DNA from: Octopus sinensis
Lineage: Eukaryota
Assembly (NCBI RefSeq): GCF_006345805.1
Contig: NC_043010.1
Coordinates: 28,334,001 to 28,398,000 of the forward strand
Length of the DNA stretch: 64,000 nt
Direction of reading: 5' to 3'
Of this stretch, positions 54,201 to 64,000 are shown piece by piece. The translations under genes and the position numbers were made by a program. The first letter of the stretch is position 1. Each line of letters begins with the position of its first letter. The notes below the pieces were generated by a model. It was not told the origin of the DNA. It saw only the letters and a list, made by a program, of their open reading frames with translations, and ran no database searches.

Positions 54201-55072
54201 AATGAGGTTCTATCAAGCCTTCTACTGCAACTTATATTCTAACACCCATTTTCAGTCAATCTGTGATACTCTATTTCCTTATCTTATTCCCTTTTCGCTG
54301 AACTGAATCCTCTGCATCAACCTCATTCCCTATCTCTTATCATCTGTCACACTATTTTCACTTAGTGCACTTGCCTGTACATCCACCTTTCCCGTTCCTC
54401 TATCCTATTCTGTATTTCATACTCACCTTGTACCTTGATTTTACCTCTCTCTCTCTCTCTCTCTCTTTCTCAGTCCTCCTCTTTTTCTCTCTATCTTTGT
54501 TCCTTAATCACTCGATTCTATCGCCACTCAGTCGAGGAGTCTTGCGGATACTTGGTACTTCATCAGTGTTGGTACCTTGAAAAAAAAGCACCAGGTACAA
54601 TCTGTGAAAGTAGTTGGCGTTAAGAAGGGCATCCAGCTGTAGAAACGATGCCAAAGCAGACATTAAAACTTGATAAACCCTCGTGTCAAAAGGGACATTA
54701 AATGATGACGATGGATGGATAGACGATGGTGGTGGTGAAGAGGATGGTGGTGGTGGTGGTAGTGGCAGTGATGATGATGATGGTGGTGGTGAAATGATGA
54801 TGGTGATGATGAAGCGAAAGCCCCGATCATCCGGCATACCTACATGAACGTGCCCCTCCGACTGTGTTTCCTCATAACTTTCAGAAAAACTGGTATTTTC
54901 TCATGAAATTTTCTACAAATACCATAGAAATAGTATAGATTCTGATTATATTGGAATTTAAAGTGTGTAGAAAATAAATTGGTTGTCGCGTACACATACA
55001 CACTGACAGATATCACATACATATCTACAAAGTATAACTTGAAATTTTGAGAAAATTGTGTGATGTTTGTCA

Positions 55073-55120
<48 letters not shown>

Positions 55121-58097
55121 GTGAGTATGTGTGTGTGTGTGTGTGTGTGCGCGCGAGCGCGCCACCATTTTTTTTTTTGCATTTAATTTCGATATAATCT
55201 GACTCTACACCTGATAGTACTTAATCCTTAAATTATTACATTCGGTAATAAGACGGTGGCCATGCTGGGGCACATCCTTGAAAGATTCTAGTCGAACAAA
55301 TCGATCGCAGGACTAATTTTTAAAGCCTGGTACTTAGTCTGTCAGTCTCTTTTGCCGAACAGTCAAGTTATTGGGTCGTAAACAAACGAATGTCGACTGT
55401 CCAATGGTGGTGAGGGGCAAACACAACACAAACACGCATAAATATGTACACACGTACGTACGATGTACGCACACACACACAAAACGGGCTTCTTTCAGTT
55501 TCCATTTACCAGATCCACTCACAAGGCTTTGGTGTCCTGGGGCTATAGTAAAAGACAGAAATAAAAGACACTCGTCCAAAGTGCCACATAGTGGGACTGA
55601 ACCCGAAGCCATGTGGTTGGGAAGCAAGTTTCTTACTCACACAGCCACGTTTACGCCTATATTTTTACTTTCTTTTTTTTTTTAGAAAATTTCATTGAGA
55701 AATATCCATTTTTTTCCCCAGAAAGTCCTGAGGAAACAAAGATGAGTCACTCTTGTGTAAGTCTACTGATCATTCAAAGACGTGGGGTGTAGTCGATTTA
55801 ATCGACTACACCCTACTAATATCTATTCATTTTACCCCGGGGGTAGGGACAAAGACAAACTTGGCCTCGATGGAACTCCAGGAATAAAGGGACATAACTA
55901 AATACTGCCTGGCGTTTTATCCGGCGTTGATTGGCAGTCGGTCATTTTAGATTCTGATTAATCGAAAAAATAATCAATATATTTGCTGGACGGAAGAAAA
56001 AAAAGCAGGAAAAAAACAAAACAAAAAAGACAACTAGAAACAAAAACGATATTTACCAAAGCGATCGAAATCCTCGATGGAGTTCGTTTTCTAAAACGTG
56101 TCTTAAAATTTAAAAGAGAATAAAAATAGAAAACAGGATAAACGGCCGAAATCGCCGTCTTTTGATCGTTTTTTGCAACTGACCTGTGGAACGCGAGAGT
56201 GATATATTGATTGGTACGTACGTATGTATGTATGTATGTATGTGTGTATGTATGTATGCACACACATATACATATGTCGAAAAGGAGAGAAATGAGAGAT
56301 GAAATAAAGTTATAGCCACACACACACAGAAAACTGATAAGACTTAACTGCATTATTTGTCGATTCTAGAAATGATCATTTGCGCTACAGTTTCAAATCC
56401 AGCCGAAGTCGACTATCTTCCATCCTTCTAGAGAGAAAAATCAAATATCAGTCAAACACTGGGGCCCGATATCATCGATTCTTACATTACATCCATCAAT
56501 CTGCCTCCGTTACAAAGCAGGTGTAATTCGAAAACCGGACACTGTACTCAATGACTTTGAATCTGTCTATCTGTCTGTCTGTCTGTCTCACCTTTGTTAC
56601 GGAAGCAGTAATCACAGACGCTCTGTAATATAAACGGTAATACGATCGCCTGGTAAACAATAGATGCACTGTTCAAATCCCATCAGTGGGTCTGTTGGAT
56701 GTTTCCATTTATTCGTTTATTTTATTTCCATTATTTTTAGGCAGTTCAACACAGTATCGTCCTGCACCGGCCTCGATCCTTTTTTTTTTTTTTTTTTTGC
56801 CAATACATATAGTTAATAAAGAATTCATCATCATTATTGTTAGACAGGCTTTAGTGTCTGGTGAAAGATGTTCTGTAATGGACGAGACAGAAAGGGCTGA
56901 AGACACACCTTTCCTCTTTGGTCAAGCTATCATCAACTTTTTCAAGCTTTGACTTGAAAAGAAAAGTGAGGCTGGAGAAGGAAGTGCTGTCACATTCTGT
57001 GTCACGCTGAATAGCGTGTCTGTGGTGTACTCAGCCACTTGCACGTTAATTTCACGAGCAAGCTGTTCCGCTGATCGGATCAACTGTGACACTCACCGTC
57101 GTAACCGACGGAGTGCCAATATACACACTGGTATTTAAATCTAAGGCTGTTTCGAGTGCGTACATTAATTTGATTGCAACTTGGCTACAATTTGCACAAT
57201 TTGTTTTGTTTTCTGACTTCTGCGCGAGAACAAGAATTTTCTACAATGTTCAGAATGTCCGAGACGTTCGTCACTAGTGTTGCACGTTTGTATATACAGC
57301 ATAAATGTTATACACACTGATATTCTACCCAAGTGAATTTTAGGTTAAAAATCCTGAGAACATTACTGATAACGGAAGGCATATAAAGATGAAGACAGTA
57401 GTTCTAACGTTCTATCATTGTACAGTATCGGGGTGGCGAGCTGGCAGAATCATTAGCGCGCCGGACGAAATGCGAAGCGGTGTTTTACCCGTCGCTACAA
57501 TCTGAGTAATCTAAATCACAGTAATTTTTTCTACAATAGACACAAGGCCTGAAATTTTGAGGGAGAAAACTAGTCAATTACATCAACGATGTTCAACTGG
57601 TACTAATTTTATCGACCTGAAAAGGATACAAGGCAAAATCGACCTCAGCGGCATTTGGATTCAGAACGTAAAGACAGGCGAAATGCAGCTAAGCATTTTC
57701 CCCTGGCGTTCCAACGATTCTACCAGCTCGCTGCTCCAACACTACAATAATCATTTCTACCCTGGACACAAGGCCTGAAATTTGGGGGTGGGGAACTAGT
57801 CGATTACATCGACCCCAGTGTTGCACTGGTACTTAATTTATCCACTCCGAAAGGATGAAAGGCAAAGTCGACCACGGCGGGATTTGAACTCAGATTGTAG
57901 CGACGGGTAAAACACCGCTTCGCATTTCGTCCGGCGCACTAATGATTCTGCCAGCTCGCCACCCCGATACTGTACAATGATAAGATTCAAAAATGATTGG
58001 TATATACACCAGTGTATTAAGCCTGTCGCTCGCACTGCATACGTTTCTTGCATCTTTCGTTGGCGTTCATTTTAAGACTGCAATTTATAGTGACGCT

Positions 58098-58129
<32 letters not shown>

Positions 58130-59104
58130 TTTAAGTCTGTTCATCCAATTTCTCTATTAGCCACATGGGCTCAAACATAGAGGGGGACAATACAGCCTGA
58201 TTGGGGTCAGACACACAATGATTATATGACTTTTAAAATTTTACAAAATATATTGAAATCGAATGAGATACAACAAGGACGAAATACAGACATGAGATGA
58301 AGCAGAGAGATGGCTTACGCTCCGACCCCACGAGCCCCATTCTCCTACTGAAACTTTTGTATGCAGACTTATGACATGTTCACGAGGAATCTTTCATTCC
58401 CAGCACCCTCGCAACATGCAACCATCTTTCTTTGAACATTTTCTTTGACAGGCATCTTCTTTCCAGCCTCACCTTCCTTTTAAGTCTGTTCATCCATTCT
58501 TTCATGGATAGGATGAATCTTTTACAGTACAGTATCTCTCCATTTATTGTGGTCTTTTCTCATTTCCTTCGAGAGGTTAACTTTTGAGGTCAGCTTTCGC
58601 CACTTCTTCCTTGTTCTCATGTCTTTCTCGGTGTTTCCTTTCAGTAGTTTCCTTCCATTCGGATCGCTTGTACCTTTTCATCCAAACTCTTCATTTTCAT
58701 AAGCTTTTCATGTCTGTACATGCACAATCCTCTCTATGGCTATCAACGGCTTTTCCTCTTACGACAACTTTACCTCAGCTTATCTGTGTTCCGTCTTTCA
58801 TGCACGCAAATATCACACCTCCAGCGAAATACACTCGATTTAGTTTCTTTCCAGTTTTCATATACCGTCTGCTTTCGACGTCCTTGTTTCGTTACCTCAC
58901 AGAATCAACTTTTTATACAAACGTCATACAATCTTCTCTTCACTCAGAGAGAGAACCCTTTTATTGCTAACAGAGGTAACATTTTTTTTACAAACGCTTT
59001 TTTTTCGCCTCGTCGTTCTGTAGCTACCGTGTTTTTGCAACGCTCCCTTCTGTTACTGATTGTCTTTTAGATGACAGAAGTTATCAACTACTTTTTGGGA
59101 ATCT

Positions 59105-59240
59105 TTTGAGTGCAGCCAACGGGATAGTAGAGCGTTTTCATCGACAGTTGAAAGCCGCGTTTCACGCTTATCCTGATAACGTTGGATCGGGTACCTCCCA
59201 ATAGTACTCCTTGGCATTCGAACTTCATTCAAGGAAGACC
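59105..59240 (+). mobile_element. Gypsy integrase fragment
   Basis: AANGIVERFHRQLKAAF motif. Confidence 0.65.
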
Positions 59241-60799
59241 TCAGTTGAGCATTTCACTGTGCATTTTCTTTTCTTGCTTGTATCGGCTTGTAGTCTGAGC
59301 GGCGGGTACTGTAACCTGTCAAGAAATCTAATTTGTCGCGTCATAGCACAGTTGTGCTATGGCATACTCCAGCCAATCAGGGCTGGGCGCATATTAATAC
59401 CAAAAGCAGTTCTCTGCCCAAGAAGAGAAGCGCGCGTTTTAATCAGTTAACGGAAAGACGGCAGATGAGTAACATCTCTCTTCAGCATGGGAACAGCCCC
59501 TTTATTTTTCACAACTTCGCGCAGCTAGCTCTGAATTATATCAGTTCTCATCTTGCCACATCATGAACAGCCCATTTCATTTATGCCAACTTTGCTCCGC
59601 GAAATTCTGGATGACATCAGCCACAACTCTGCTAAATTATGTGCTTTGATGTGACAACTAAAATAGCTTTCGTTCACGCCAACTCCGTTTCTGTTAGCTT
59701 ATAACGACTCCCAACTGAATCCATTTTTCAAATGTAAGTTAAAAAGCTTTCTCTGACTCATGCATACACACCGGCTATGCTCCTACTACTTGTCAGCTCT
59801 CGTGATAATTTAATAAATTATTTGTTTAAAAACTGCCTTCTGATATTTTATTACACACACTTCTTGAAATCTTACTTGCAGAACCTCTCCATAAACACTT
59901 TGAAACCATAAATTAGTGACCACTCTCACTAAAGAGGCACTTACACTTAGCTATCGGTGATTTCATTGCATCTCTTGTAGACCTGCAATTAATATTGAAT
60001 AGGTCGCATAAACCATTTAGCTTTGCAATATTTACTTTTGGAACACCTGCTTCTAAATTTGAACTTCTCCACTAATTCTGCGACTGATTCAGCTTGGAGA
60101 AGTTGGTCTTTGGAATTCCCACAGACAATTTTGGATTACCGTATTTTCCAGTTTATAAAACGCATCGGCATTTAAGCCGCAGGGCCGAATGTGGGGGGAA
60201 ATTTTGATTTTATCTACGCATAAAGCGCACTGGTGTTTAAAAGACCTACAGAGCTACGGGTCCGCAGCTAGCTTTTTTGTTGTTGACGTGTATGTGATTT
60301 CAAAATGCTTTATTTTACAACTATGGGATGTATTGCTATTCTTATGATTTTATCTTATTATAATCAACAAGAAACAAATTTCGTCAATATAAAAGTCTTC
60401 ATTAGATTAAAAATAACATTATCAAAACATGAAGGTAAAACAAAACAAATATACTTTGTTTCCTTCCAGGCGCCAATCTACTGTAGCCGTAGTCTTTCAC
60501 GTTATTCACCGACCGACCTTTCCTCTGAAAAAAAAAATCAATGGAATCATTCGATCTCCATACACAAATTATTTTCCTCCTGAAACTTATAAAAAAATAT
60601 ACACGTCAGGCGCACCTTTCTATAAGCTGCACACTCAATTTCCCAACGAAGTCTAGATGTACTGGTGGCTTACTCTTAGCTAACAACTTCTGTCGTGTCG
60701 ATTAAGCAGACGATATTGATAGTTCCTCTTTCTATAAACAAACCCAAACTGCATTTCATCGAAACCGTTTGTCTTCGTAATTGGTTGTGTCACTTTTGT

Positions 60800-61232
60800 T
60801 CAGTGGTCCATCAACATGCTGTCTCTATAGCTGCTTCTGTCTTGAGAATTTCAGTCTCCTTGCAGTAGCTGCTTTTGTTTGTTTGTTGAGCGAAGCGGTT
60901 TTCGTCCCAGTGGGAGAAGTCCGAAACGTGGTCCTTTGCGATTCGTAAGACCCGCAGAAGAGAAAGCAGGTCGACTCCCGACACCGAGAGCATCGACGGA
61001 TGGATGAATGCACATCCAGGCTCAGCGGTTGCGTAGGAAATCGGGGACAAGAAACAGGAAGAAAGAGTGAGAGAAAGTTGGAGCGAAAGAGTACAACAGG
61101 GGTCGGCACCACCCCCTGCCGGAGCCTCGTGGAGCTTTAGGTGTTTTCGCTCAATAAACACACACAACGCTCGGTCTGGGAATCGAAACCGCGAGTCCGC
61201 TGCCCTAACCATTGGGCCATTGTGCCTCCTGC
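60800..61232 (-). mobile_element. tRNA-headed SINE-like element
   Basis: On the - strand: GGAGGCACAATGGCCCAATGGTTAGGGCAGCGGACTCGCGGTTTCGATTCCC (A/B boxes), then a GC-rich body. Confidence 0.6.
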
Positions 61233-62052
61233 ATTAGCTGCCGATGATGTTTCAACGCAAGTCATTGTGGGCAATACTCCTCGTACCATTTATCTGAATA
61301 TACGCGTGGTTTCCGCATGTCCTACTTTGCTAGACATGATCAGCATCTCGGCAATTATCCTTAACGCTCCAGGACTTCATATCGTTAGTGGCTCTTTCGC
61401 GTGTATAACTGGTCCCTCTATGTGAGATATACACTCACTCTCTCTCTTTCCTTTCTCCCTCACACATTTTCTTCATCCAACAATCGCTCGTTTTAGCATT
61501 TCCATGCCTCTTTCTTCTCAGTATCACCAAGAGTGTGCTACAGTCATGCATACATTTTCCACCGATGACTCCTTGATTTAGACCAGGCATGAACTATCTT
61601 CTTCGAGAAAAGGGCTGCATAAGACATGGATCATCATCAGGTTGGCTACACTACTAAACATTTCCTGGCAATTTTGCGTTGGCGCGCCACTCAGAATGTC
61701 CCACGAGTCGCAGTTTGTCCATGACCAATTTAAACACAGTGAAGCACCTTACCATACAGAACGTTAGTAAACCGTTTACTTTCATATCACCCCCTTGGCT
61801 GTGTAGTAAGTAGCTTGCTTACCAACCACATGGTTCTGGGTCCAGTCCCACAGCAAGGTACCTTGGGCAATTGTTTTCTATTATAGCCTCGGGCCGACCA
61901 AAGCCTTGTGAGTAGATTTGGTTGACGGAAACTGAAAGAAGCCCATCACATATATACGTATATATATAGTGAGGATTTACAGAAAAAAAAAAGACGAAGA
62001 CGGATGTGTAAACAAACAGATGTATTAGTTTAACGCTCGGGAAGTGAGAAAG

Positions 62053-62090
62053 TCTTTTACGTTTCGAGCCTATGCTCTTCGACAGAAAAG
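62053..62090 (-). ncRNA. Minimal hammerhead-like motif with variant core
   Basis: CUUUU-CUGUCGA-A-GAGC(AUAG)GCUC-GAAACGUA|AAAG; a more degenerate copy lies at 15859-15894 (+). Confidence 0.45.
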
Positions 62091-64000
62091 AACACAGAAA
62101 TAAAAAGGTTTGGTGGCTAGCGAGCTATCATGGTGAAAGTGTGTTGTGTGGTGTGTGTGTATAGGCGCAGGAGTGAGTGTTTGGTAAGTAGCTTGCTTAC
62201 CAACCACATGGTTCTAGGTTCAGTCCCACTGCATGGCACCTTGGACAGGTGCCTTTATAGCCTCGGGCTGATCAAAGCCTTGTGAATGGATTTGATTGAC
62301 GGAAACTGAAAGAAGCCTGTCGTATATATATGTGTGTGTGTGTATCTGTCTGTCTGTCCCTCCCCCCATCGCTTGGTGTGCTTATGCCCCCGTAACTTAG
62401 CGGTTCAGCAAAAAAAACAACAACAAAAACGATAGAATAAGTACAAGGCTTATAAAGAATAAGTCCTGTTCGCGTAAAGGCGGTGCTCCAGCATGGCTGC
62501 AGTCAAATCACTGAAACAAGTAAAAGAATAACATGTGGCTTTTAGCTATTCGATATCGATCTCGGCCAAAAACTGTCAGGTGACTGTATCTGCTACACTC
62601 TTATGTTCTTTGCCTTGCTCCACCAACAGACCTGTGACTCTCGGCAAGTTATTTTGTAGAAATTCCCAGCTGTCCTCTATTTCAACTTTGAGCTCATCAT
62701 ATACAACGGAAACTTCTTTCGGATTCCCTTTCTTTCTCTTCCAATTTGTCTTCCGCGTTTCTCAATTAGGGTTCACATGACCCTTGAGGTTCCATATGAG
62801 ATTTTGCTATTAAAAATCTTATCGTTTAACATCCATTTTCCATGCTGGCACGGGCTGGATGGTTTGACTGTGATCTGGAAATCCAGGAGGCTGCACCAGG
62901 CCCCAGTCTGATCTGGCAATGTTTCTACAGCTGGATGCCCTTCCTAACGCCAACCACTCAGAGAGTGTAGTGGTGTTTTTTTACATGCCACCGGCACAGG
63001 GACCAGGCATCGACCATGATCAGATGGTGCTTTTTACGTGCCACCGGCACGGGAGCCACTCAAGGCGGTGCTGGCATCGGCTACGCTCGGATGGTGTTTT
63101 TTATGTGCCACCGCCACAGAAGCCAGTCGGGGGAGGGCTCTGGCATCGATCATGTTCGGATGGTACTTTTTAGGTACCACAACTACAATTTCCATTTGAT
63201 TGTGATTTGATTTCATTTTGTTGATGTATTTGACTCAATAGGTCTCAAGCACGGCATGTCACCCTATGATCCAAGGGTACTTTGAGTTGGGTTATACTTT
63301 TACAATTCTATTATTCTTGTACTTGTTTCTGTCATCTGACTGTGGCCATGCTGGAGCACCACCTTTAGTTAAATAAGTCGATCCCAGGGCTTATTCTTTG
63401 TAAGCCTGGAACTTATTCTATCGGCATCTTTTGCCAAACTGCTAAGTTACAGGGGACGTAAACACACCAACATCAGTTGTCAAGTGATGGAGGGTGGGGA
63501 CAAACACAAAGACACACACATACGCGTGCATGCATATATATATATATATATATATATAAATGACGGGCTTCTTTCAGTTTCCGCCTACCAAATCCACTCA
63601 CAAGGCTTTGGTTGGTCCGAGGCTATAGTAGAAGACACTTACCCAAGATGCCACGCAGTGGGACTGAACCCAGAACCATGTGGTTGGGAAGCAAGCTTCT
63701 TACCACACAGTTACACCTGTGCCTATAATACACAAAACATTTGAACAATTGTTTTTATACAATTCCTAATAATATATAATTATAAATTCTTAGACATTGA
63801 ATGGGTATGAGGATTGAGCAGAATAAAACAGGGATCAAAGGGGCCCATAAGCAAAACATGGTCAAGAACCATTGGTCTAACTTTTTTTCACTTGTAGCCA
63901 GTGATGTTGATGGTATAATCTTCCCCAGGGAAAGACCAGTATTCACATGAACTCACGTTGGCTTGCTTATTTGAATTCTTGGCAAGTATAAAGTCTGTAT

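Noticed and set aside
58500-60240. Possible decayed pogo/Tigger-like transposase (-) and a Tc2-like TIR near 60138
   Set aside because: Motifs too degraded to assign by eye; needs a translated search.

Overview
AT-rich eukaryotic DNA dense in microsatellites, SINEs, LINEs and MITEs. The SINE families resemble those I associate with octopus genomes; this is an inference, not checked against a database. Three protein-coding loci are supportable. (1) A complete + strand cathepsin L-like cysteine protease: 7 coding exons at 15272-26190 splice into 338 aa, with a probable non-coding exon 1 and a TATA/M-box/CRE promoter near 4130-4400. (2, 3) Two diverged tandem - strand paralogs (28251-28980 and 43226-43939). 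Each has one ZNF474-type C2HC zinc finger and a shared C-terminal domain I do not recognise. The remainder is decayed transposons: Gypsy, Tc1, CR1, RTE, R4/Dong, L1-Tx1, Penelope, hAT/piggyBac/Merlin-like MITEs and at least four SINE families. The most striking unannotated signal is a set of type I hammerhead ribozyme motifs. Two lie in tandem on the + strand (44376-44453, 44961-45049), with covarying stems and mutually complementary helix-III segments, flanking a foldback as in retrozyme or Penelope pLTR units. More hammerhead-like motifs lie in outward-facing inverted pairs (35550-36074, 46723-47036). All alignments and folds were done by eye; most short ORFs in the supplied track are repeat-derived.
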